Source: Mobula hypostoma
Taxonomy: Eukaryota
Assembly (NCBI RefSeq): GCF_963921235.1
Contig: NC_086118.1
Location: 22,136,001-22,196,000, forward strand
Direction: 5' to 3'
Length of the DNA stretch: 60,000 nt
Position 1 is the stretch's first letter; each line of letters begins with the position of its first letter. Below are positions 1-13,694 of the stretch, piece after piece. A program made the position numbers and the translations under genes. A model generated the notes under the pieces. That model did no database searches. It was not told where the DNA came from and saw only the letters and a program-made list of their open reading frames with translations.

Positions 1-516
1 GTGGGTGAGTACTTTTTATAGGCACTTATAACTAGGGTGCTCAAGACTTTTTCAGTGTACTCTAGTAATTTTATGTATTGCACTGTACTGCAGCCACACA
101 AAAAAAAACAAAGTTTATACTGATAATCCCAATACATGTCTCTATTGTGGACTGAGAGTGGGAAAGGAGCAGGGAGAAGGGAATCATGGTTGGGAAAAGG
201 AAAAGGCAGAGGGTAGGGAATGGAAAGCACCCACCAGAACATTCTGTGATGATCACTAAACAATTGTTTGGAAAAAAATGACCATCCCTGATGTCTCAGG
301 ATTGGGTGTGTCTGCACCCACATCACCACCACCACCAACCCCTCCCCCCAACCCTACCCCCAGCCCCACCCACCCTCCCTCCGGCTCCTGGCACTTCTTG
401 GGCCACCTGCCCCACAGCCCTTTCACGGTGCTACACCCTCGCCATTCCCAACATCCTTTGCTCCTGCCAGATTTATAAACTTGCTCCCCCCCTCCACATT
501 GACAAATATCATATCA

Positions 517-579
517 TTCAAAAGTCTTAGGCACCCTGGCTATATATATCTCTGTGTAAGACTTTTGTACAGTACTGTA
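517..579. mobile_element. Short Tc1-like MITE remnant
   Basis: AAAAGTCTTAGGCAC is inverted against GTAAGACTTTTG and ends ...CAGTACTGTA; a related fragment is at ~32-62. Confidence 0.5.
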
Positions 580-1084
580 TCTTGAGCAAAAATGAATGGC
601 ATTTGCAAAAACAATCCATATTTATGCAGCATTTTCTACATACCCCGTAGGAAGTTATAGCTTGTTAAATATTCTGAAGTATCCTCCCCGTTTTAATGTT
701 AGAAATGGGACCATCATTCACACCTAGTAAATTCCAAAAATATCATTGTGATTTTGATTAAATAATGTTGCTTTTTTGTGATAGAGAATTAAATATTGGC
801 CAAGCAATAAATCTGTGTACTTTGAAAGTGTGCCGTGACATCCTCTGAATCTACCTTTATGCAGGCATCTCATACCCTCCAATGTAACTGCTTCTCAGCT
901 GCCTCCACATTTGACCGTGATTGGAGATAGTTAATATCTGCAATGCTCACAGCATCTCTATTCAAAGAGAGTTTCCTTATAGTCAAAAGAAGATGTTTAA
1001 CAAACCGTCTTCTTGAACTCTCATAGGTGAATAGTGGAATAGCTGAAAGACTGAGTAAAAGCCCCAGAAATCTTGGTACATATT

Positions 1085-1290
1085 AAGGACATAAGAAATA
1101 GGAGCAGGAGTAGGCCATCTGGCCCGTCGAACCTGCTGTGTCATTCAATAAGATCATGGCTGATCTGACCATGGACTCATCTTCATCTACCTGCCTTTTC
1201 CCCATAGCACTTAACTCCCCTGAAATGCAAAAATCTATCCAACCTTGTCATAAAAATATTTACTGAGGTAGCCTCCACTGCTTCATTGGG
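1085..1290 (-). mobile_element. CR1 LINE 3' end fragment
   Basis: CATAAGAAATAGGAGCAGGAGTAGGCCAT...GATCATGGCTGAT matches the CR1 3' end at 5522-5700. Confidence 0.75.
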
Positions 1291-1299
1291 AATAGAAAT

Positions 1300-2227
1300 C
1301 TGGCACCAATAACACAGGTAGGAAAAGGAAAGAGGTCCTGAAGAGAGATTTTAGGAAGCTAGGCAAAAGCTGAAAAACAAAACCACCAGGGTCATCGTCT
1401 TGGGATTGCTGCCCGTGCCACACACCCATGAGGGTAAGAGTCAGGACATTCGGCAGATAAATGTGTGACTGAGGAACTGGTGAAGGTGGCGGGGGTTCAG
1501 ATTTCTGGATCATTGCGATCTCTTCTGGGGATGATGCAACATGTACAAAAGGAACATGTCCCACTCTGAACCCAAGAGGGACCAATATCCTTGCAGGCAG
1601 GTTCGCTAGAGCTGTTCAGGAGGGTTTGAACTGATTTGGCAGCAGGATGGAAACTGGAGTGAGGGTGCTGAGGATGGGGCAGTTGGTTTACAAACAGAAG
1701 CAGTGTGTAGTGAGACTGTTAGCAAGGACAAGCTCATGATAGGGCAAAATTGCAGTCAACGGGATAAGTAGCAATGCAATAGGGAGGACAAAATTGTAAC
1801 GGTTGATGAATATAGGACTGAAATTGTTATACTTGAATGCACGTAGTACATGGAAGAAGGTAGATGAAAATGTAGCACAGTCAGAGATAGGCAGGTATGA
1901 TGTTGTGGGCATCACTGAGCATTGACTGAAAGAAGATTATAGCTTGGAGTGTAACATCCAGCAATAGACATTGTATCAAAAAGACAGGCAGGTAGGCAGA
2001 GAGGATGGAGTGGATCTGTTGGTAAGAAATTAAATCAAGTCCTTCCAAAGAGATGACATAGGATCGAAAGGCGTAGAATCCTTGTGGGTAGAGCTAAGAA
2101 ACTGTAAGGGTAAAAAGACTTATATACAGTAGCAAAGATGTGGGCCACAAGTTACAAGAGTAGATAGAAAAGGCATGTCAAAAGGGCAATGTTGTGATAG
2201 TCATGGGGGATTTCAATATGTAGGTAA
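1300..2227 (+). mobile_element. CR1 LINE fragment: ORF1 esterase C-terminus and ORF2 AP-endonuclease N-terminus, decayed
   Basis: Translates to HLNPRGTNILAGRFARAV-like ORF1 end, then YLNARS, YDVVGITE and VMGDFN endonuclease motifs with stops; cut off by the LTR at 2228. Confidence 0.8.
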
Positions 2228-2677
2228 TGTTAGGGAGTATTCTGGAGTTAGGGTATATAGCAAATATTAATTTCAACAACAACCAATCTTCAAATTTGAA
2301 CATGGATTGTGGATTGAACAATAGCCTTCCTGGAGCTGCAGCCTAGGTTTGATCACCTGAGATGTCTGCAAAGGGGTGAATGAAGGTGGAGAGTCAGTGG
2401 GAATTAACATTCATTTTGGATGTCTGGCGTATGGGTGTGAAGAAGGAGGTGGTTGAAAATTATATGTAATTCAAAGGAAGCTTTGTAGATACGTTGCAAC
2501 TATAGATTTGTCCTGCTTTTGCCTTTATCTTCAGAATATAAAAATATCATGCAACATTGGGTCAGGGAGGCTTCTTCTTCCAAGAGTATTTTGAATAGCT
2601 GCTCATTTTGCTGAATTATCACTTCTATGTCCACTAGCTTCAGCATCTCTCCGGTGACATTGCCCACAGCTACAACA
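2228..2677 (+). mobile_element. 5' LTR of a retrovirus-like element related to 54441-59608
   Basis: TGTTAG...CTACAACA ends; 3' end resembles the provirus LTR end; homologous to the LTR at 41970. Confidence 0.75.
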
Positions 2678-2679
2678 TT

Positions 2680-2990
2680 TTCGGGCTCATCCAGGCTTTT
2701 CGGGCTTGTATCCCATTGTGTGGCCAATGATCTTAGCAGTCTAAGTGAGTAGATTTTAAATTAGTACTCACACTTAGATCTGCTCAGGTCAGTGATCATG
2801 AGATCATGCAGACCATGAACACGGCACAGAGGTGAACTAGTAGATATAAAAGTAATGTGTTATGTGTGCGTGCATTTATGTTTTTTTGTAAAAGCCTAGA
2901 CATTCTTGTGTTAATTTGGTGAATCAGGGCCAACAGTTTTGAAGGGTGGTTACTGACCATTCTTGCTTACTAATGGTCTATATATCATAG
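2680..2990 (+). mobile_element. Degenerate tRNA-Pro-like PBS and retroviral leader with splice donor
   Basis: TTCGGGCTCATCCAGGCT (2680-2697) matches TGGGGGCTCGTCCGGGAT at 13/18; shares GTGGCCAA, AGCAGTCTAAG, GTGAGT and TAGATATAAAAGTA blocks with the minus-strand leader at 58940-59190. Confidence 0.65.
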
Positions 2991-4603
2991 TCGAAATTTT
3001 AGCAATTTGTTCCCAATTTTAACAAACTTAGAGACAGTTTTAGTTTTTTGTTATTGTTCAGAACTGAGACTCACACAAGAGTTGTTGTGGTTGGGTGAAA
3101 CGGTCTTGGCAGCATGCAAGTTTTATAATCGTTACAAACAGACACACATATTTTTTTAGGTATTTAGGAATAATGCCCATAACAACATTTTGTACCACCT
3201 CAGAGGTTGGTAATAAGCCAATGCATTCCCCGCTGCCCATTGAGGGCTAGAAACACAGTTGAGCTGCGGCTGTAGCTTTCTAACATCGGAAGAGCTCTCC
3301 CCTATATTCTGAATGGGATGGAGATTCCTTCCACCACTTTACACAGTGTGAATTCATGCAGAATAATGTATGGGGCTAAGTGTGTGCAAACTGAATAGTT
3401 AAGTCAGTTCTCTGGGGAAGAAAAGGTCCTTGTTATTGTCCACAAATGATCTTTTTCAAGCTTTCTTGAAATGTACCTCCATAGTAAAGTAGTGATGTTC
3501 CTGCATAAAAGTGAAAGTTATTTTAATTTCTAAACAGCTGGAGCAAAGACTTACTTTAAATTCAGAGAATATGGAATGCTATAGAATCAGAACTGCAAAC
3601 TGCCATGGTATGTTTGCAATTTTAGATTAAACAATCTGTCATTTTCCTTAATGAATAAGTATTTACGTATATTAATTTCTTTTCTTCAAAGTGCGTGAAA
3701 ACATTCTTTCAGCTTCTCATTAATACATGGAGAAGACTGTTGAATATTCATAGCGGTAAGCAACAGAGCCAACAATAGACTGCCTGAATGTTTGTATCTG
3801 AGAGTTTCAGCTCCAAGCAATTCAAAACCACTGAAACTGGAAGTGCCACTCAGGCTATTTTTCTTTACTTTTTTCCCCCTCTCTTTTATGATAAGTCTCT
3901 TCTATTTTTAACTATTGCTCTTTTTTGATGGATGTGTTGGAAGGAAGTGTTCAAAATTGCCTCTTCCTATAACTCCCTCTTTACTTTTTGCTGCTAAATT
4001 TCTTTTCGTTATTCTTTGTTTTGTAATGTTTCTATTAGTTTGCATTTCCCCTTGTCTCTAACGTAGAATCATGGTACAATAGTATGACATGACATTTTTA
4101 GATTAGATTTGCCTTATTTATCACATGTACATTGAAATATCGAAACGTGCTTTGCGTCAATAGCCGCCATCACCTGAGGATGTGCTGGTGGCAGCCTGCA
4201 TATGTCATCGAACTCCTTCAGACAGGGGCGAAATTCAACACCCTTCATTGGTGCAATAATAGCATTATATTAACCGTTATGTGACTGTGCTGCATCATAG
4301 TTGGAACAGAGGATGACCATTTGGTCCATCAGATCCATGACGGCCAAAAGGAGAGCAATTGAGGTTACTCCCTATCCTGGGCCTTTTGGGCTGTGGCTGT
4401 TCAAGAGCTAATCCAGATAACTTTTAAATACAATGTTGGCTTTTCCCAGCATCATCAATTCAGAGAGCAAATTCCACATTGCGTTACTCTGAGTGAAAAA
4501 AAAGACAACTGCCTATAATTACAAAGCATCAATTAATTAAATCTACATCCCTTAGTTATTAACCTTTACAGCACAGGTTCTTTGCTGTAAAGAACAATGT
4601 AAA

Positions 4604-4703
4604 GTGTCCTAACAAAGGGTCGCGGCCCGAAACGTCAATTGTACCTCTTCCTATAGATGCTGCCTGGCCTGCTGTGTTCCACCAGCATTTTGTATGTTTT
4701 GCT
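4604..4703 (+). mobile_element. Penelope pseudo-LTR fragment with degenerate hammerhead motif
   Basis: GTCCTAACAAAGGGTCGCGGCCCGAAACGTC...GATGCTGCCTGGCCTGCTG; core CTGANGA is mutated. Confidence 0.7.
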
Positions 4704-4909
4704 TGTTCTTTGCTGTCTTATCTTTCCAGGCCTCTCAGAAGTATACACAACACAAATAAATCATATTCTGTTTCAATTGTTCAGAAATAATACAACCCCA
4801 GTCTCATAAGTCTCCTCGCATCATGATAACTCCTTAGCCCTGACAACATTTTCAAAACACTCCATAACTTCTCTTGCACTATTGCAGCTTTTCAGTTAAG
4901 TGGTACACC

Positions 4910-5430
4910 AAGATTCAAGATTGCCTCATGCACATTTCCAGTACACACATGTAGAATAGAACAAAGTAATTGTTCTCTCTCTGGTTCAGAAAGAGCACAA
5001 AAATATACAGTAGGATAAAGAACACAATAATAATATAAAAACAGAATAAATATAAGTATATAAGATAGATTGTATATATAGACTGATGTTATGATGTTAG
5101 GAACAGGAAAGTGGCAGGAAATGAGGAAGTAGCGGTGGTGAGGTTGATTTGTGAGCGGAGGCGCTGATCAGCCTTACTGCTTGGGGAAAGTAACTGCTTT
5201 GAGTCTGGTGGGGAGGCGAGGTGCATCCTGGCAATCTGAGGTCTGTTGGTTAAGGAGTCCAATACCCAGCTGCACAGTGCCAAACAAAAATCCAGAAAGA
5301 GCATTCTGACATTCGCGTCCTTGTTTTCTTGGTGTGTCAGAGCCAGGTGCATGGCAGATGCTATGGCATCAGTTGTAGAGTGGTTCTGTGGGTAAGCGTG
5401 TTGGTGAGTCTCCAAAGTGGCAAGAATGGA
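4910..5430 (-). mobile_element. Rex1/Babar LINE fragments (RT remnant and tail)
   Basis: ORF 5089-5415 contains HAYPQNHSTTDAIASAMH...NVRMLFLDF...CSWVLDSLTNRPQ, homologous to the RT at 34900. Confidence 0.7.
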
Positions 5431-5521
5431 GCTTTTGATTTTGTTCCACTGTACTCTACGTAGAGGTAAAGTTATTTGTTATGGAGATCAAGCATGAATG
5501 CCCAACCTACCCTCACCCACC

Positions 5522-8400
5522 CATAAGACCATAAACGTAGGTGCAGAATTAGGCCATTTGGCCCTTTGAGTCTGCTCTGTCATTTGGTCATGGCTGATTT
5601 ATTATCCCTCTCAATCCTATTCTCCTGCCTTCTCCCCATAACCTTTTACGCCCTTACTAATCAAGAACCTACCAACCTCTGCTTTAAACATACCCAACAA
5701 CTTGGCCTCTGCAGATGTCTGTGGCAATGAATTTCACAGATTCCCCACCCTCTGGCTATATAAATTCCTCCTCATCACCGTTCTAAAGGAACTTGCTTGT
5801 AGTCTGAGTCTGCGCCCTCTGGCCGTAGACGCTCCCACTGTTGGAAAAGTCTGCTCCACATCCACTCGTTCTAGGCCTTTCCATAATATCCGCTCATTAG
5901 GGCAAACTCCAGTGAGTACAATTTCAGAGCCAGCAAATGTTCCTCATAGGTTAACCCTTGCATTCCCAGGATCATTCTTGTGAATCTCTTTTAACGCCAG
6001 GACATAATTTCATAGATATGGGACCCAAAACTGCTCACAATACTCCAAGTGCAATCTGACCATTGCTTTATAAACCTCAGTACTACATCTTCATTTTTGT
6101 GTTCTGGTCCTCTTGAAATGAATGCCACCACTGCATTTGCCTTCCTTACTACCAATTCAACCTATAAGTTAACCTCTAGGGATTATTGCATGAGGACTCC
6201 CAAGTCTATTTACACCTCCAATTTCTGAATTTGCTACCTATTTAGAAAATAGTCTACACCTTTTTCCTGCTACCAAAGTGCATGCGCACCCACTTCACTG
6301 CACTGTATTCCATCTGCCATGCCTTTGACAATTCTCCTAATCTGTCAAAGTTCTGCTTCCTCAAAACAGCTTGTCCCTCCACTTATCATCTACAAACTTA
6401 GCCCAAAACCATCAATTCTATCATCCAGATCATTGACATATAATGTGAAAAGCAGTGCCTCAAACACCAATGCCAGTGGAACACCACTAGTCACCAGCAG
6501 CAAATCAGAACAGGCCCCTTTTATTCCCATTCTCTGCCTCCTGCCAGTCAGCCAATGTTTTCGCCATGCTAATATCTTTCCTGTAATACCATGGGGTCTT
6601 ACTTTTTTCAGCAGGCTTCTGTGTGGCACCTTGTCAAAGGCCTTTTGCAATTTGAAGTAAACAATATCCACTGGCTCTCCTTTGTCTATCCTGCCTCTTA
6701 TTCCTCAAATAATTCCAACAGATCCATCAGGCATGATTTCCTCTTTAGGAAACAATGATAACTTTGGCCTATTTTATCTTATGCCTCCATGTGCCCCAAA
6801 ACTTCATCCTTGGTAATGGACTCCAACATCTTCCCAACCACTGAAGTCAGGCTAACTGGCCTTTAATTCCCTGTCTTTTGCCTCCGTCCATTCTTAAAAG
6901 GTGGAGTGATATTTGTAATTTTCCATTCCTCTGGAACCATTCCAGAATCTAGTGATTCTTTAAAGATTACTACCAATGCCTCAAAATCTCTTCAGCTATC
7001 TCTTTTAGAACCTTGGGTTGTAGTCTATCCGGTCCAGGTGACTTTTCTGCCTTCAGACATTTTAGCTTCCCAAACACCTTATCCTTTGTTATACTAACTA
7101 CTCTCCTTATGCCCCCTGACACTCTCAAATTTCTGACAACTGCTGGTGTCTTCCACAGTGAACGCTGACACAAAATACTTATTGAGTTTGTCTGACATTT
7201 CTTTGCACCACTCCCCTTCCCCCCATTACTACATCTCTAGCATCATTTTACCAGCGGGTGAATGTCCACTCTTGCGTCTCTTTTATGTTATATACATTCT
7301 GAAAAATTTTTCTGTATCTTCTTTAATATTATTGGCTAACTTACCTTATTCCATCTTTTCTCTCCTTCTTGTTTTTTTTTACTTACCTTCTGTTGTTTTT
7401 CAAAAGCATCCCAATCCTCTAGTTTCCAACTAACTTTTACTATCATTGTGTGGTCTCTCTTGCTTTTATGCTGTACTTGACTTCTCTTGTCAAGCATAGT
7501 TGCCTCATGATAGCCTTTAGAATGCTTCTTCTTTTTTGTGATGAACCATACCTCCGCCAGTCATCCCTGCTAGTTTCCCCTTCCAATCAACTTTTGCCAG
7601 GTCCTCTCTCATGCCTCTGTTGTTCCCTTTACACAAATGTAACACCAATACTCTGATTTTCTCCCTCTCAAACTAAAGGTTGAATTCCATCATATTATGG
7701 CCAAGTCTCTTAAGGGTTCCTTTATCTTAAGCTTCCTAATTAAATCTGGTTATTACACCCAATCCAGAATTGCTTTTTCCCTCGTGGGCTCACCTGCAAG
7801 CTGATCTAAAAAGCCGTTTTGTAGGCACTCCACAAATTCCTTCTCTTGGGACCCAGCACAAACCTAATTTTCCTAATCTACCTACATATTGAAATCTACC
7901 ATGACCATCGTAACTTTGCCCTTTTTGCATTCCTTTTCTGTTTCTGAACAACACACACATGCCTTTTCAATCTCCTGTTGTAATTTGTACCTCATATCCT
8001 GACTACTTTTCGGAGGCCTGCTTTTAAGTTCTGTCTGGGTCTCTTTACTCTTGCAAACCTTTCTAATGATTTGATTTTATTTTTTACCAACAAAGCCACC
8101 CAAGTCCCTCTGGTCACCTGTCTGTCTATTTTATATGATGTGTATCCTTGGATGTTAAGCTTTCAGCTGTGATCTTCTTTCAGCTACAACTCAGTGAAGC
8201 CCAGAACATCATACCTGCCAATTTATAACTGTGCTCCACGATCTTCTGCTTTATCTTGTTATATTTGATTGCATGCTGTATACATCTTCAGTCCTGTATT
8301 CATTATCCTTTTCAATTTTGTCTCCATGTTACTGGAAGTTAAGTTCTTATCCCTTTCTAAACTTCTTTTTTTCTCAGGAGACTACCGTAATCTCTCCTGC
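5522..8400 (-). mobile_element. CR1 LINE with internal deletions, ORF2 pseudogenised
   Basis: DIVYFKLQKAFDKVPH, TSGVP, FTLYVNDLD and KSPGPDRLQPKVLKE motifs; CR1 3' tail at 5522. Confidence 0.9.
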
Positions 8401-8904
8401 ACTCTTCTTCCCTTTTACTTTTTCCTTACCTCCCCCACTTTCCTATTCTGTGCCTTGGGTAATTAAAAGAAAGTTTAATGTGTATTTTCCTTATTACTGT
8501 ATCACTCCCACTGCTAAATCCAACATACTCTTTACATGACCACATTAACAAATTATTATTGCGTCTCTTCTTTAGAATATTTTCATAGAAAGAAACTGTT
8601 TTATAGAAAAAAACGTATTTTGTGTTGTCATTTCTTGTGTTTCGGGTCTCAGATTTTATGATTTTATTCTCTATCTGGCTTTTTTTTGTATATCTCCCAC
8701 CCGCTGCACAGCTTACAAAATATATTTTATTACCACTCTGCATTCAGGTTTACCTGTCAGAGACAGGTTATAGTCCAAAGGAGGCTGTTCTGAAGTACAG
8801 TGTTTCTGGTTTTCTTTTTAGTTTAAGCTCCGCAGAGTGCAGAGTGCTGAGTGCAGAGTGCTCCAAGGTCACAGTTCCACAAGAACATCAACTGCAGTTT
8901 GGAC

Positions 8905-9228
8905 CCAGGGCATGCCCTTTTCTCACTGTTACCATCAGGCAGGAGATACAGAAGCCTGAAGGCACACACTCAGCGATTCAGAAACGGCTTCTTCCCCTCT
9001 GTCATCTGATTCTTAAATGGACATTTAACCCAAGAATGCTCCCTCACTTTTAAAAATATGTATTATCTCTGTTTTTGCATGATTTTTAATCTATTCAGTA
9101 TACGTATACTGTAATTTATTTATTTATTTATTATTTATTATTTTTCTTCTTCCATATTATGTATTGCATTGAATTGCTACAGCAAATTTCATGACACATG
9201 CCAGTGATAATAAACCTGATTCTGATTC
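8905..9228 (+). mobile_element. Rex1/Babar LINE 3' end
   Basis: Matches 36355-36710 and ends AATAAACCTGATTCTGATTC. Confidence 0.85.
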
Positions 9229-12200
9229 CGAACAATGCAGGAGGAAGCTCAGGGCAGTTGGGTACTGTGACTCACCGTGCCATCGGATCCACAAAGAAAC
9301 AGCACCTATAAAGCATTACTGGACAGTAAAGGTCATTGCAGGGATTTACAGCCCTCAAACTAGCATATCTCAGTGTGAATATATATGTCTTTAGCTGCTA
9401 AAAAAAATTCATGTAGGTTTTCACAAATAAAAACGGCAGAGACGTTTTATGTTTAAGAAAAGCCATAACAACCTATTCAATGTACTCCATACACTGAACA
9501 CAAAGCACAGTAAAATCTTTATGTAATTATGTCATCACACCAGATCAGCCTCTTAAAGTGAAACCCAAACTCGATATCAATGGTTATGAATTATGTACGT
9601 TTCCACCAATTATGTTACCCTACATTCAAAACTTATTAAAAATAATTAAAACAAGGAAACATTCAAGAATACCAGAAAATGTAAAATACAATTGAAGATA
9701 CTACTTAATTGTAATACATAATTAACTTTATTAGTCTATAGCAATATAAATTGCCCGAAAAATTCTCCCTCTCCAGAGATTCTCAGTCATAGAAATGAAT
9801 GAAGTTATTGAATGTGAGTTTGATCTGACATGACATGGGTTCAGAAAACAAATTCTGGTAAACTGTGGGAAGTCTGATGCTCTACTAGTGGACAGCATGA
9901 AGAGTTCAGCACTGGAGTGCAAGCTATTACTTATTGAGACAGTATTAATTGTTAACCAAATATGCATAAACTGGCTGCTGTAACTGGATAGGTAAGTGTC
10001 TGAACTTCAGATGTAATCCTTTGAGATACTCTGAGGTCATGATAAGGTGCTACCCCTAAATGTATTTTAGTTTAGTTCTGAACATTACATACCTCATTAA
10101 GTCTTGCATAATTCAGTTTTACCATTTTAAATGTCATGTTCAATTGAAAAAGAAATGCCCTGAGCAGGACAAAATAAATATGAGTGAAGGCAACTCAGAA
10201 TTTCTTCTGTGTATTGAAATCACTTTATATCAGATTGATTCAATTTGAACTTTCAGTTCAGTTTAATGTTCATTAATTTTGTTCTGATTAGCAGGGAATA
10301 GCAGGGAATTTGCTGCTTAAATCGAGTACAAAATCAATAAGTTCATACCAGCTGTAACTGATTGCCTGAATAAAAAAAGAAAATTAATAACCTGAAGCAA
10401 ATAAACGGCGAAGAACAATTCAAATAAACTAGGTCAGCTGCAAACAAGCAATAGACTGCAGCGCTGATATTTATAACATGAGGTGTTATTTTTCATTTAA
10501 AATTGCAGCTTACAGCAGCTAATGTAGTGGGGAAAATAAATAATTTCTCCTCATTCCAGCTTGGCAACAATAATGACTCACATAATTATTTGGAAAATTT
10601 GCACCATAAAAATAGGAAAGCATTATCATCAGTAACTGAATAATTATTACTTTGGTGCAATGTGAAGGTGGAAAAGAAGGGGTATTTTTTAAAGAACAGT
10701 ACAATGTGAAAAATATTCAACTTATATGACTGAGGTACTTAACAGAACTGAGTTTATTTTGCAGACATCAAAAAAAGTAATTTAAAAATAAATTTAGTTA
10801 GACCTCACTGAATACTGATTGAAGATTATCTGACCTGCCCTTGTAACATGAGAAATAATTGGAGTGTCAGCTGTCAAATATGTATAGTTGAGCATTTTTG
10901 ACATAATAGTGATGTACTACTGCACTTAACAACAGAATTGTGGGCATACAGTGCATTTTTGTAAGCAGCACATTTTGGGATTGAAACAAACCATGAACTA
11001 AATCTGGAATTAATCTATATAGCTTTGTCCATCGTGATTAAACAGCAGCTAAGCATTTCACGTGCACTGCCTTGCCAAACTTTAGGATGGAATGGAAAAA
11101 CTGAAAAATAAACGAATTAGAGTTTCATTATGACTTCAGCATTTGAGGTCATATGAAAGCAGTGTTGGAGAAAAGTAACAATTTCTCTAAAAACTTACAG
11201 ACTCAATTTTATATTCAGAGGTTCCAACCAAACAGTGAAAGTAAGCTTTGGATTAAAAAGATTGATGCAAAGGTTTCTCACATATTCAGGAAAATATTTG
11301 GTGCAGATCCAGAATTTTAAATGCACCATAAACCCCTCTTTTTCTCTAGGAAATGAGTTTGCATTGTGGTAGTCCCCCATTTTGGAAGGTGAACAAATGT
11401 TTTGAGCAACTGACGCCCTGCTGAGAGCATCTACTCAATACAAACAATGCAGTTCATGTAGTTTGCTGCTGCCATGCTGATCCCCAGTGCTTGTTCCTTC
11501 CACTCAAGCATGTGGGCCTTTGGCTGTCATGAATAGAGCACAGAACCTCTGTCTCCACTATTTCTGTCCCCAGAAAACAGCAACAATCTCACAAGCCTTT
11601 CTCCGATTTGCATTTTAAAGCCATTTGAGTGTTTTACTTCTTGTTTATTTCCATCCACAAAATAAATAAAACCTTTCACAGAGTAAAGGAATTCCAGAGT
11701 GGCCATGCAAATTAAATCCTGAATTTCTTTAATGTGTTCTTGGCTAATGAATAAGATCAAAGCATTAAAAAGTTTGAACATACAATGAAATCACTCAGTA
11801 AGAGTCGGTGAAGTACTATAACTTCATGGAAATTTGCTGATTTTATTTTCTTGCTTCTATCTTTTTGTCTCAAAGCTTTATCTTCTGTCATGAAAACTTA
11901 TTTGATTCCAGTGTGAATCCTAAACCAGTGAACAGATGCAATTAGGCAGAGAGGAGAGTTTCAGATAATTTACATTGAATTAAGTTAATTTAAATATATT
12001 TAATTACATTAAATGTTTTCTGCTGTTTTTGAATGCATAATTTTATGAGTTAATTTATTTTCAAGCAACCAATTCCCAATAATTCATAAAATTTTTGAAG
12101 ACATTTGCAACCATTCATAATCTATTAAGTTTGACAGCTGATTAAACCTTCTTATTGCTGCAGAAGATGTTTTAAGACTGACAGGAAGAAACTTATTCCC

Positions 12201-12429
12201 AGACAGTATTTCCTGTTTTACTGACCAGAAAACCTCCACAAATTCCTCCTCCATTTTACCCGACAAGAAACAGGCGTCATAAATAGAACTTGAAACTTGG
12301 GTTTTAAGGTTGATTTTTCAGAACCCTCCCAACTACTGTTTGGATTACCACCTTTACAATATGATTTGACTATCTATTTTGGAACAGCGAAAATCATTCA
12401 CCATCTGCTAAGTGACCAAACCATTTTTG

Positions 12430-12710
12430 TTTATTTGTTTAGTGATACAGCATAGAGTAGGCCCTTCTGGCTTTTCGAGCCGTGCTACCCCAGCAAACCC
12501 TGACAAGCCCAATTAACCATACCCTAAACATGGGCCAATATACAATGACCAATTAAGCTATCCAGTACTCGAGGAAACTGGCGGAGCAGAGAAAACCCAC
12601 GCATTCCACAGGGAAAATAGGCAGAGACTCCTTACAGGAGGGCACTGGAATTGAACTCTGAACTCTGAACTGTAGTAGCGTTGTGCTAACCACTATGCTG
12701 CCATGGCGGT
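12430..12710 (-). mobile_element. SINE-like element (probably tRNA-derived)
   Basis: Minus strand begins GCAGCATAGTGGTTAGCACAACG (A-box-like); homologous copy at 29105-29340. Confidence 0.6.
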
Positions 12711-12952
12711 TACTGTGTTCTCTCACAGTACGCTCTTCTGCTGTTAATAGTTTCCTAAGGCAGCAGCGCAGTCATTTAGGAAACATGAAACATGCTCCCC
12801 GATTTCTGCATTTAATGATTCAAAATTTAACAAAGGAATATCTTTGGTTAAAATTCTCATCCAGTTTTCCTTTCTACCTAGTAGTGATCGTTCAGCCAAG
12901 ACTTTGGTATGAGAAGAATGGCGCTGGATATGTTCCCCATTAAAACATTAGA

Positions 12953-12963
12953 CCACACACACA

Positions 12964-13024
<61 letters not shown>
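12953..13024. repeat. (CA)n microsatellite
   Basis: Near-perfect CA run. Confidence 0.98.
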
Positions 13025-13027
<3 letters not shown>

Positions 13028-13694
13028 AGTGTACATGATAATTTAGCTTTAAGTATACAGATTACAAACTACTAAAGAGACAGTGCTAAAGAGATGCTGG
13101 TAGTGAAGAGGAAATAAGCAGCCATTGTTTGAAAATGGATGTAATTATCAGTAGCAACATTCCTGCCTAAACCTGTTACCGCAATTTTAACTTTGTAAAC
13201 TTAAATGCCTAAAACATCACTAAAGATGAAATTTGATCTTCGGAGTTCTGTACTGAAGGCAATAGAAGATATTTCTGTTCCACTAATATTAGTTTACTTC
13301 ATTGTAAACAGTGATACAAGTGTGAGGAAGCAAAATCTACTATTAGTTTCATCCATAATCCTATTGTTGCCAGTGTATAGCAACCCTTAAAGTGAATGAT
13401 CAGCCTTTCGGCTGACATGTAGAATAACACTAGTCAATGTGCTACGTTGTCTCTTTTCATTCGTATCTGAGCACTGTCCAATTGTTTGATCTTATGACTG
13501 AAAGTTGGTGTGTATTTAATATTACAGCAACATTTGAGTAATATTGCAATTATATTGTTTGATTAAGCATTCTTTGTTGTTTACATAATTCATTATGGGT
13601 TATATGTAAAAGTATGATAATGGTACATATCATTACGAAACCACATCATGAGTGCATGCCTCACTAAAATAAAACTAAGAGTAGACATGTTATT

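Noticed and set aside
278..530. Pro/His-rich ORFs
   Set aside because: C-rich low-complexity repeat sequence with no gene structure
3713..3755. AG/GT-bounded 43-nt segment (LLINTWRRLLNIHS)
   Set aside because: No recognisable protein or partner exons; such segments occur by chance
8622..9053. 143-aa ORF
   Set aside because: Spans AT-rich sequence, a short GCAGAGT repeat and an off-frame Rex1 tail
9776..9997. Strong donor TAG|GTAAGT near 9992
   Set aside because: Upstream frames I checked contain stops and no coding exon could be built
11195..12266. Three short minus-strand ORFs
   Set aside because: No motifs; lengths expected by chance
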